A stretch of DNA of 64,000 nt from Acidimicrobiales bacterium (GTDB lineage: Bacteria; Actinomycetota; Acidimicrobiia; Acidimicrobiales; CADCSY01): assembly GCA_035942035.1 (NCBI GenBank), contig DASZDK010000089.1, forward strand, positions 6,490 to 70,489, in the 5' to 3' direction. This document shows, one piece after another, positions 48,157 to 56,556 of this stretch; positions within the stretch are counted from its first letter, which is position 1; each line of letters starts with the position of its first letter. Under the pieces are notes generated by a model. The model was given only the letters and a program-made list of their open reading frames with translations, had not been told where the DNA came from and searched no databases. The position numbers were made by a program, and so were the translations under genes.

Positions 48157-49727
48157 CCGACGGACCGCTTGTTCCGGATCTCCGTCGAGCCGGCGGGGGG
48201 CGTCACCTCATCGTTGCCGGCCACCGACGTGGTCGGCTTCGGACCTTGCTCGTGGTAATCGGCCTCCACGTTGACCGTCCAGATGTCGTGCTGTGAGCCG
48301 GTGATGATGTTCTCCGCCGTCAGCATCGCGGTGAGCATCGAGTGGTCCTGGTTGTTGTAGCGGTGCATGCCGTTGCGGCCGACGGGGTGCACGTTGGGCA
48401 CCTCGGCGTCCATCCACTTGCGGATGGTCTCGACGGCGGCGGCGTAGGTTTCGTCGTAGATGGGATAGGCCTTGGGCATTCGCACGACGAAGCCTCGCTC
48501 GACGTCATGCTCCTGTACCAGTCCCAGGTCCGCGAGCTCCCGCTTCGCCAGGGCGATCAGCTCACCGTCGTCCATGGTCCACAGCCGGTCGCCCACCGTG
48601 ACGAAGTACTCGAGGCCGAGGCAGGTGCGCCCCTCCTTGACCAGGTACGGTGACCATGAGCCGTAGTTCTGGATGCGGCCCACGTTCACCTCTGGGGAGT
48701 GGATGTAGATCCAGTTGTCCGGGAATCCCCGCTCCTCGGGCACGACCAGGGCCACGGTGAGGAAGTCGCGAAACTTCAAGGCGCGCGCCGCGTCCTGGAC
48801 GTGCGCTGGTGCGGGCGGGTCCATGGAGAGGACCAGCGAGGGCAGCGCCATCGAGGAGATCACGTGGTCGGCCTCGTAGCGGTGCTCCTGCCCGAGATCA
48901 GTGCGCCTGGCCTCAGGTGCACCTGCCCCAGGGCCGTAACCACCCGTGACCTGCGTGGTCACGGCCACCGCGCCCTTGCCGGGTTCGCGGTGGACGGCCC
49001 GGACCTTCTCTTCCAGCACGACCTTGCCGCCCTGCGCCGTGACCTTCTGCCCGGCCGCCTCCCACATCATCCCGGGCCCGTACTTCGGGTATTGGAACTC
49101 CTCGATGAGAGATGTGATGTCTTTCCGGTTGCGCTTCGGTATCAGCGCGTTGAGGATCGCGTTCGACAGATTGAGGTTCTTGATGCGCTGCGCCGCCCAG
49201 TCGGCCTGGATCTCGGTCGCCTTCATGCCCCACAGCTTCTCGGTGTAGGTCTTGAAGAAGATCCGGTAGAGCCGCCAGCCGAAGCGCGCTGCCGTCCAGC
49301 CCTCGAAGTTCGACTGGTCCTTGGGCGGGTGCACGCGCACCCACGCGTAGGAGAGAACGCAGAGCACGGCCTGAAGAAGCCCGAGGTTCTTCAGCGCATT
49401 CGACGCCTTCAATGGGTAGTCGTACAGCTTCCCCTTGTAGAAGATCCGCGACATGCGCGGACGCATCATGAAGTCCTCGTCGGGAAGGATCTCGTGCCAA
49501 AGGGCTTCTACCTCGGGAACCTTCGTGAAGAAGCGGTGGCCGCCGATATCGAATCGCCAGCCCTCCCGCTCGGCGGTGCGGCTGATGCCGCCCACCATGG
49601 CATCGCCTTCGAGCACCGTGACGGCGACGTCGTGCTGGCTGAGGACGTAGGCGGCGGTGAGACCGGCGGGGCCGGCACCTATGACAACGACCTCCGGTCG
49701 GCCGGCCTGCACAGGACTGGTTGCCAC
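48153..49727 (-). CDS. FAD-dependent oxidoreductase of the amine-oxidase/UDP-galactopyranose-mutase-like superfamily
   Basis: VVVIGAGPAGLTAAYVL...LEGDAMVGGISRT dinucleotide-binding motif, plus GGHRFF and FKTYTEKLWG segments reminiscent of UGM-type enzymes. 524 aa. Confidence 0.8.
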   Translation of the reverse strand: MATSPVQAGRPEVVVIGAGPAGLTAAYVLSQHDVAVTVLEGDAMVGGISRTAEREGWRFDIGGHRFFTKVPEVEALWHEILPDEDFMMRPRMSRIFYKGKLYDYPLKASNALKNLGLLQAVLCVLSYAWVRVHPPKDQSNFEGWTAARFGWRLYRIFFKTYTEKLWGMKATEIQADWAAQRIKNLNLSNAILNALIPKRNRKDITSLIEEFQYPKYGPGMMWEAAGQKVTAQGGKVVLEEKVRAVHREPGKGAVAVTTQVTGGYGPGAGAPEARRTDLGQEHRYEADHVISSMALPSLVLSMDPPAPAHVQDAARALKFRDFLTVALVVPEERGFPDNWIYIHSPEVNVGRIQNYGSWSPYLVKEGRTCLGLEYFVTVGDRLWTMDDGELIALAKRELADLGLVQEHDVERGFVVRMPKAYPIYDETYAAAVETIRKWMDAEVPNVHPVGRNGMHRYNNQDHSMLTAMLTAENIITGSQHDIWTVNVEADYHEQGPKPTTSVAGNDEVTPPAGSTEIRNKRSVG

Positions 49728-49858
49728 AGAGCACCTCGCGTAGAGAGGGAGCGCGTGCGTCGGCTGACAGGGCGCGCCGACATCGGACTCCGAACGTTCG
49801 ACTGAAGTTCCAGGTTAACGAACTGCGTGTCGGGAGCAACGATCGGGGGTGAAGCGCT

Positions 49859-50722
49859 GTGACAGCCCACACTGTGGACAGAAGTCCAACGTTGATGAAC
49901 CCGAGCGGTGACGGGCGGCGGGCACCCGTCGCCCCAGGCCGGGCAACTACGCTGTCCTGGGTGTCTACCGTCCTTGCGTCCACACCGGTGTTCGAGGGGG
50001 CCACCATCGTCCTGCCGGTGGTGACCGAGACGGACGCGCTGGAAGAGACGGTGCGGCGCCTGTGGGAGACCAGCGAAGCCGACATCGCCGAGATGCTGAT
50101 CGTGGTCTGCGACCGGACGTCGTCCGAGAGCCTCGAGCGGTGCCACCGTCTCCAAGCCGATGCCGCCAACCGGGTGCGGCTCCATCATCAGCGCCTGCCG
50201 TTCCTCGGCGGCGCCATGCGGGAGGCGTTCGAGCTCGCCGCCGGCAGCCACGTCGTGATGATGGCCAGCGACCTCGAGACCGACCCGGCCACCGTCCCCC
50301 GCTTGATCCAGGTCGCCAAGGAGCACCCCAATGCCATGGTCACCGCCTCCCGGTGGAGAGCGAGCGGTGGGTTCTCGGGCTACGGGCGTCTGCGAGTGGG
50401 CCTCAACTGGGCGTTCCAACGTCTCACCTCGGTGGTCTACCGCACACAGCTGACCGACGCCACCTACGGGTTTCGGTTGTTCCCGGCCGCGCTCCTTCGG
50501 GCCATCAGTTGGGAGGGGCTCCGCCACGAGTTTCTCCTGGAGACGCTGCTCAAGCCTCTGCGGTTGGGCGTGGAGGTCTTCGAGGTGCCCACCCGATGGA
50601 CCCCGCGCCAGGAAGGCCAGTCCCAGAACTCACTGTCCACGCAGGCCCGCTATCTGACGACCCTCGTGCGTACTCGCGTCGCCACGCCCGAGCGCTTGCT
50701 CCGCGTCAACCACCCCGTTTGA
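49859..50722 (+). CDS. GT2 glycosyltransferase, Dpm1/GtrB-like (polyprenyl-phosphate sugar synthase candidate)
   Basis: ATIVLPVVTE, VMMASDLETDP (DxD-like) and YGFRLF. No C-terminal TM. The true start may be downstream of 49859. Confidence 0.78.
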   Translation: MTAHTVDRSPTLMNPSGDGRRAPVAPGRATTLSWVSTVLASTPVFEGATIVLPVVTETDALEETVRRLWETSEADIAEMLIVVCDRTSSESLERCHRLQADAANRVRLHHQRLPFLGGAMREAFELAAGSHVVMMASDLETDPATVPRLIQVAKEHPNAMVTASRWRASGGFSGYGRLRVGLNWAFQRLTSVVYRTQLTDATYGFRLFPAALLRAISWEGLRHEFLLETLLKPLRLGVEVFEVPTRWTPRQEGQSQNSLSTQARYLTTLVRTRVATPERLLRVNHPV

Positions 50723-50736
50723 GGAGGCTCCCCCTC

Positions 50737-51648
50737 GTGAGCAACGTCATCGTCACCACCACCATCAATGCGCCTACGAAAGCGGTGGAGCTCTTCGACG
50801 CTCTTCCCGGATGGGAGCTGGTGGTGATCGGTGACCGCAAGACCCCCGATGACTACCGGCTTCAGCACGGTACCTACGTCGGCGTCGCCGACCAGGAGAA
50901 GATCGACAAGGAGCTGTCCGACCTCATCGGCTGGAACTGCATCCAGCGCCGCAACTTCGGGTTGCTGGTCGCCCACCAGATGGGTGCCGAGACCGTTGCC
51001 GTGGTCGACGACGACAACATCCCGTACGAGGGCTGGGGCAGCGATCTGCTGCTCGGCCGAGAGGTGGAGGCGACTGTCTACCGCGCCGGGCTCCCGGCTT
51101 TCGACCCAGTCGGCGCTACCAACCACCCGCAGCTGTGGCACCGGGGCTATCCCCTGCAGTTGCTTCCGCGCCGCGACTACTCCGACAGCACCCGAACGAT
51201 GGTCCGTGCTGACGTCCAGGCCGACTTCTGGGACGGCGACCCCGACATTGATGCCATCTGCCGGATGCAGTTCGCTCCCGACTGCCGGTTCGATCCCAAC
51301 TGCTTCCCCATGGCGTCCGACGGCATCAGCCCGTTCAATTCGCAGAACACCTTTCTCTCCGCTCGCTGGCTCCCCGACTACTTCCTGTTCCCCCACGTCG
51401 GCCGCATGGACGACATCTGGGCCTCCTACTACCTCCAGGGCAAGGGGGCGCGGGTCGTCTACGGCAAGCCTTCGGTGTTCCAAGAGCGCAACCCGCACGA
51501 CCTCGTGGTCGACATGAAGCGGGAATATCTCGGTTACGAGAACAACCTGGCCATCGTCGAGGCGGTGGCCGACGACCCCGAGGCCCTGCTCCGCTTCCTT
51601 CCTCCGGAGTCGCGAGCCGCCTTCGACCGGTACCGCAGCCACTTCTGA
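50737..51648 (+). CDS. STELLO/DUF288-like putative glycosyltransferase
   Basis: GTG at 50737 preceded by GAGGAGG. VIVTTTINAPT, VVIGDRKTP, RRNFGLL and VVDDDNIP match my recollection of the DUF288/STELLO motif order. Confidence 0.6.
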   Translation: MSNVIVTTTINAPTKAVELFDALPGWELVVIGDRKTPDDYRLQHGTYVGVADQEKIDKELSDLIGWNCIQRRNFGLLVAHQMGAETVAVVDDDNIPYEGWGSDLLLGREVEATVYRAGLPAFDPVGATNHPQLWHRGYPLQLLPRRDYSDSTRTMVRADVQADFWDGDPDIDAICRMQFAPDCRFDPNCFPMASDGISPFNSQNTFLSARWLPDYFLFPHVGRMDDIWASYYLQGKGARVVYGKPSVFQERNPHDLVVDMKREYLGYENNLAIVEAVADDPEALLRFLPPESRAAFDRYRSHF

Positions 51649-51672
51649 CCGCGGTGGGCGCGGCCGTGGTGG

Positions 51673-52674
51673 TCAGGCTGAGGTGGCCTCGAGGTGCTCG
51701 AGCGTCCGGTTGATGCCTTCCTTGAGCGGGATACACGGAGAGAAGCCGAAGGCACATTGCTTGGTGGTGTCCCCGCCGCGGGCGAAGACGCCCTCCGGCT
51801 TGTCCGACATGCCGACGACCCGTGGCTCGTAGCCGCAGGCCGCTGCCGCCTCGGCCGCCAACGCCTTCATGCTGGTGAAGATGCCGGTCGACAAGTTGAG
51901 AGCGCTGCCGTCATCGATCTGGTCCATCGTCAGCAAAACGCCGCGGACGCAGTCGTCGATGTGGATGAAGTCACGCATCTGCTCGCCGCTTCCCCAGACC
52001 ACCAGCTCGGGCGCCCCCCGATGCTGCATGGCACGCAGGCAGATGCTCGGGAAGGGATAGGTGAGGTCCTGGTCCTCGCCGTAGCCGGAGAACGGTCGGT
52101 AGGTGACCGACCGGAGCCCATGACGTTGGTAGGCGAGCCGTCCGAGGTACTCATGCGTCAGCTTGGCCCACCCATAGGAGAGGTCCGGCACGCCGAACGT
52201 CGGCGCATCGCCCTCGAAGCTGATGAGCTCCTCTTTGAGGAGCACGTAGTGCTCGGGCCGCTGGAGGCCGATGGGGTAGGCGGCGCTGGAGCTGAAGCAC
52301 ACCGACTTGGCCGGGCGGGTCCTGGCTGCCCACTGCCAGTACGCGGCGTCGATTCCTAAGTCGTCTGCCACGGCGAGCGGGTTGGCCTCGATCACCGCCC
52401 GCCCGCCCACGATGGCCGCGAGGTGGAACGCGTAGTCGAAGTCGTCGTCGACGCGCTCCTGGAAGAACTGGCGGCAGTCAACCGGCGTGAAGTTGAACTG
52501 CGGATCGTCGCGGGGGTCGAAGAAGGGCCAGCCGGCCGCCGGGTCGATCGCTCCCGTCAGCGGTGCCAGGCTGTCGACTGCGTGCACCTCGTCGCCACGT
52601 TCGAGCAGCTGACGCACCAGGTGCCGCCCCACGAACCCCGCCGCTCCCGTCACCAGTACCTTGGCCACGACCAC
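51673..52674 (-). CDS. NAD-dependent epimerase/dehydratase (extended SDR)
   Basis: VLVTGAAGFVGRHLVRQLL and YGWAK catalytic motif. AGGGAG RBS upstream. Start GTG 52674 or 52668. Confidence 0.85.
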   Translation of the reverse strand: MVVAKVLVTGAAGFVGRHLVRQLLERGDEVHAVDSLAPLTGAIDPAAGWPFFDPRDDPQFNFTPVDCRQFFQERVDDDFDYAFHLAAIVGGRAVIEANPLAVADDLGIDAAYWQWAARTRPAKSVCFSSSAAYPIGLQRPEHYVLLKEELISFEGDAPTFGVPDLSYGWAKLTHEYLGRLAYQRHGLRSVTYRPFSGYGEDQDLTYPFPSICLRAMQHRGAPELVVWGSGEQMRDFIHIDDCVRGVLLTMDQIDDGSALNLSTGIFTSMKALAAEAAAACGYEPRVVGMSDKPEGVFARGGDTTKQCAFGFSPCIPLKEGINRTLEHLEATSA

Positions 52675-54352
52675 CCGCTCCCTGTCGACCCTGTGGAGAC
52701 CCTAGCGCCGGCCTGCCTCCGGCGGCCGAGTCAGGCGCTAACCCACACGGCTTCATCTCGATCGCATGGTCGAAGCGCAGCACTTCGCCGTCTTCGTGGC
52801 AGCTGTCCCGCTCCCGCCGCCGAGCCAGCCAGCGTACGGCGAGGGCGACGACCAGCAACAAGACCAGCGGTTCGGTGTACAGGCGGAAGCGATCGTTCTC
52901 TCCGACCTCGAGGAGGTTGCTCACGGCGACGACGTAGGCGACCGTCGACCAAAGGAAGGGCAGCAGGAGGGAGCTGTGCCCAGGACGTCGGCGACCGCGC
53001 CTGCGGCACAGCTCGATCGCTCCACCGACCAGCGCGACGACATAGAGCACAATGGACAGCCACCCGGTTCGAGGGGGCCCCTGCCGGTACTGCTGAGCCA
53101 CGTCCGGGAAGCCCGAAACGGGGTCTCCGCTGGCCACGACACCATAGAAGAGCCGGTTGTACAGCCGGTTGTACTCGGCGATGTGCGTACGGTTCTCGCG
53201 CAGAGTGAAGAAGTCGCTGGGCGGTCGAAAGAACAACTCCGTCGCGGTGGCCACGCCCCGGGCGTAGGCGTCGGGACGCGTACGGAGCGTCCGCACCGCA
53301 TCGTCGAGGTACGCCTCGGACACCTTCGCGTAGAGGAGGTTGTTGTAGTTGATCCGGGTCGTTCCGTCAGCGAAGGTCTTCACCTCGTCGTCGAGCACCG
53401 GAACGCCAGTCGTGGGCGCCGGCGGCACCACTCCTGCATAGTCGGGAACCGGCGCCTGCGGGGGGACCAAGGCGAGCGGTGAGAGCGCACCCTGGTTGAC
53501 CATGGCCCGGCGCTCGGCCTCCGGGAGCTGGAAGGTCGTGACCTTCGCCAGGCTTATGCCGAGGGAGGTGCTGGACGTGAACGAACCAGCGACGCGGAGG
53601 GTGTTGGCGTAGACGGCCACGATGGCGAGTAAGGGCACTGATGCGACGATGGCTACGTGCTTCCAGTCGGCGCGTCGCCGGTGTACCAGCAGCACGGCGG
53701 TCCAGACCAGGAACCAGACGAGCTGAAACATGCTCCTCGTCAGGACCAGCAGACCGATCAGGCCGAAGAACACGGCGACGTGCCGAAGGCGATGGCCGTC
53801 CTCGTAGCGTTGCAGGGCGAGGACCGACAGGCACAGGAGCAGGACGACGAGGTAGTCGTAGTGCGCCCAGTTCTCGAAGAGGATGTTGGCCGGGCTCAGC
53901 GTCACGACCAGGCTGAGCAGCACGGCCAGGGAGCGTCGGAGGCCCAGGCGAACCAGCACAACGAAGATGGTCAGCGCCATCGAAAGCCCGGCGCCCAGGT
54001 AGACCAGGCGGAACACAGGCTGCTCCCAGGCTTGTGGCAAACGAAGCACCAACCCGATGAAGAGGTTGAACAGCGGGGGCTGAGCGTGGAGGTGAGTCAG
54101 GCTCCCGAAGAGGTTGTCGCGCAGCTCACTGAGCTCGAGCACCTGGAAGCCGCTGGCCAGAGGGTCGGTGTCGAACCTCACGCCGGCGGCGGCGACGACC
54201 ACCCTGGACACGACGAACCCGACCACGACGACGAGCGCGCCGGGCCACCATGACGGGCGAGCCCCCGGTGATCGGTCCCGGGGGCCCTCTTGCCGCAGTG
54301 AGACGTCGTCCCTCGCTGGTCCGGCCCCTCGTCCCGCGGTCGCAATGGGCAC
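52478..54352 (-). CDS. Polytopic membrane protein, GT-C-like candidate. The 3' end overlaps the next gene by 197 nt, so a frameshift is possible
   Basis: Start GTG 54352 (or TTG 54361), inferred because the upstream gene ends at 54490 and there is no in-frame ATG. About 9 TM segments plus a periplasmic-type domain. The last ~100 codons are low-complexity G/R/A-rich and lie over the epimerase N-terminus in another frame. Confidence 0.55.
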   Translation of the reverse strand: MPIATAGRGAGPARDDVSLRQEGPRDRSPGARPSWWPGALVVVVGFVVSRVVVAAAGVRFDTDPLASGFQVLELSELRDNLFGSLTHLHAQPPLFNLFIGLVLRLPQAWEQPVFRLVYLGAGLSMALTIFVVLVRLGLRRSLAVLLSLVVTLSPANILFENWAHYDYLVVLLLCLSVLALQRYEDGHRLRHVAVFFGLIGLLVLTRSMFQLVWFLVWTAVLLVHRRRADWKHVAIVASVPLLAIVAVYANTLRVAGSFTSSTSLGISLAKVTTFQLPEAERRAMVNQGALSPLALVPPQAPVPDYAGVVPPAPTTGVPVLDDEVKTFADGTTRINYNNLLYAKVSEAYLDDAVRTLRTRPDAYARGVATATELFFRPPSDFFTLRENRTHIAEYNRLYNRLFYGVVASGDPVSGFPDVAQQYRQGPPRTGWLSIVLYVVALVGGAIELCRRRGRRRPGHSSLLLPFLWSTVAYVVAVSNLLEVGENDRFRLYTEPLVLLLVVALAVRWLARRRERDSCHEDGEVLRFDHAIEMKPCGLAPDSAAGGRPALGSPQGRQGAGGRGQGTGDGSGGVRGAAPGASAARTWRRGARSRQPGTADGSDRPGGRLALLRPPRRSAVQLHAG

Positions 54353-54489
54353 GAAGGGCAACGCTATCGGTTGCCCTGCGAGGCCACCGTTGCGGCTTCG
54401 TCGCCATCGGCCTTGACGCTCAAGAGGCGCTGGAGACCAGGGCGGAACGGAGGCAGTGCTGACCAATGCGCGAGTCGGCCCGAGACGGC

Positions 54490-56295
54490 TCAGCCCACCT
54501 TTGTCAGCAACAATCCCTCGACGGGAGTCCAAGTGATCCCGGTCAAGGGCTCGATCTTCTGGTCCAGGCGAAGTCGAGGGTGCTCCAGCAGCAGCAAGGC
54601 GGTCTCGTCGCAGCGGCGGCCGATCAGCCGGTGGAACAGCGTGATCTCCTCGGGTGCGATGGGGACGTCGGCCGATGACCCGTCGCCCCGGTCTCCTCCT
54701 CCGAGGCCACCGACGGCCGTACGGGAAGCGGCGTCGGACTCGAAGGGGCTTGCCACCCGCTGTCTCAGGGTGGCGATGTCGCGGGAACCGGTGGGCGGGC
54801 ACAGAAGAACGGCGTGCGCGCCGGGAGGGAGCTCGTCGACCACGGCCGGCAGGGTGCGCGTAGGGTCGCCGTCCCGTAGTCGCTCCACGATGCCGCGCCA
54901 GTCGACGACTCGCTCGTCAGGCACCGGGCCGGCGGTGGTGACGTAGCGGAGGCCCGTCGGAAGGTAGTGGGACAGAAGGGGCGGCAACTGCGGATCCGGG
55001 GAGAGAACCACGTCACCCGGCCGCAGGGCGGAAGCAACCTGCGCGGCCGCCGCCTTGGCGTTGCTCTTCTGATAGGGAGGTGTTCTGACCGCGATGGGCG
55101 CGGTCAAGAACGCGACCACGGCGAGTGCCGCCACTCCCGTCCGACCGCCCCTGGCCAGCCCGGCCCCGGCGAGGAGTACCAGGGGGGCCACGACGACGGC
55201 GAGGTACCGGTAGGCGAAGAGGGAGGTGGCCCAGGCGCCGGCGACGACGACGATCGGCACGACGGCCATCCCGAACAGGGCCAGCCCTTCACGGTTCCAC
55301 GGCCAGCGCAGCATCGTCGCCAGCCCCACTCCCGCCCCGACGCCGAGCGCCACGGCGCCCTCCACGCCCCCCACCAGTGCCGCGACCTCGTTGCGAATGA
55401 GGAACAGGGTGGGCTTCTCGGCCCAGGGCTGGAGCTGCGCTGCATGCTGGTACAGCAGCGTTGGCAACCACGGCAGGTACAGCAGGCCGACGGCCCCGAA
55501 CGCCAGGGCGCCGTCGCGCAGCGTCCTGCGCCGCTCGGTTCCACTGGCGAGGACGAGCAAGACGACGAAGGTGACGGCACACCCCACGCCCACCAGCAGG
55601 CCCCAGTTGTGGGTGTAGAGCAGCAGCACGAGCGACGCGGCGAACCCGATGAGGTGCCCACGGCGACGGAAGACGAAGCCATGGGCGAAGGTCGCGACGA
55701 CGAAGAGCGTGAGCAGCACCACCAGCGAGTACATGCGCGTCTCGTTGGCGTAGTAGGCGATGAACGGGTTCACGCTGGCCACGAGAGCGCACATCCAGCC
55801 CGCTCGCCGCCCGAACAGGCTCCAGCCGGCCCACAGGGCTGTCGGCACCGTGGCCAGGGCGAAGATCAGCGACAGGAGGTGGGTGGCGCTCTCCGACGAT
55901 CCGAAGAGGGACATCCACACGTGGAGAAGCCCGTAGTAGAGCGGCGGGGAGCCGTCCTGTCGCAGCAGTTCGGGGATGCTCCCGAGGGGGTGCGAGGAGA
56001 TGCCGACGGCGATCCCTTCGTCCAGCCAGTACCACGCGCCCGACCCCCGTCCCCACAAGAAGGCGAGGAGCCCGACGAGACCGATCATCGCCACGACGTC
56101 GCGATGCAGGCGAAGTCGGGCGGGATGGGCGCGGCATCCGTTCCGAATCAGCGGCAACAGGCGCGTCGAGCGCCCGTTGACGCGCTCGACCCCTTCTTCG
56201 GGGGTCTTCTCGGCCAGCTCTGGGCGCTGTGTCAAGACCGTCTCACGTTGTCGCTCGGTTCCGGTTCCGTGGCCTGTCACTCCCGTCCACCCCAC
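54490..56295 (-). CDS. Polytopic GT-C glycosyltransferase, GT39/ArnT-like (paralogue of 24258..25862)
   Basis: YWLDEGIAVGISSHP, DGSPPLYYGLLHVW, NETRMYSL and LLLYTHNWGLL align motif-for-motif with the 24258 gene product. The start is uncertain. Confidence 0.8.
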   Translation of the reverse strand: MGWTGVTGHGTGTERQRETVLTQRPELAEKTPEEGVERVNGRSTRLLPLIRNGCRAHPARLRLHRDVVAMIGLVGLLAFLWGRGSGAWYWLDEGIAVGISSHPLGSIPELLRQDGSPPLYYGLLHVWMSLFGSSESATHLLSLIFALATVPTALWAGWSLFGRRAGWMCALVASVNPFIAYYANETRMYSLVVLLTLFVVATFAHGFVFRRRGHLIGFAASLVLLLYTHNWGLLVGVGCAVTFVVLLVLASGTERRRTLRDGALAFGAVGLLYLPWLPTLLYQHAAQLQPWAEKPTLFLIRNEVAALVGGVEGAVALGVGAGVGLATMLRWPWNREGLALFGMAVVPIVVVAGAWATSLFAYRYLAVVVAPLVLLAGAGLARGGRTGVAALAVVAFLTAPIAVRTPPYQKSNAKAAAAQVASALRPGDVVLSPDPQLPPLLSHYLPTGLRYVTTAGPVPDERVVDWRGIVERLRDGDPTRTLPAVVDELPPGAHAVLLCPPTGSRDIATLRQRVASPFESDAASRTAVGGLGGGDRGDGSSADVPIAPEEITLFHRLIGRRCDETALLLLEHPRLRLDQKIEPLTGITWTPVEGLLLTKVG

Positions 56296-56556
56296 GGCCG
56301 GAAAGGTCGTTCGCGTGGGCGGTGGACAAGGCTGTCAGACGGACGTCTGTCGCGACACATCCTCGTGACGTTGGGCCTTGCGCGGTCCTCCCGGGGCTGG
56401 AAAGGACGAGTTGGCCGGACACGGGTGACGGCCCTGCACCACCGCCGCGGGGTGCCATTCCAGGCAGAACGTAGTTGATGCTCGGGAGCGGGACAAAACC
56501 CCGTTCGATCGGCAGTTCCCGGCTTGTGGTCTGCGCGGCGACGGTAGCGTCGCGGC

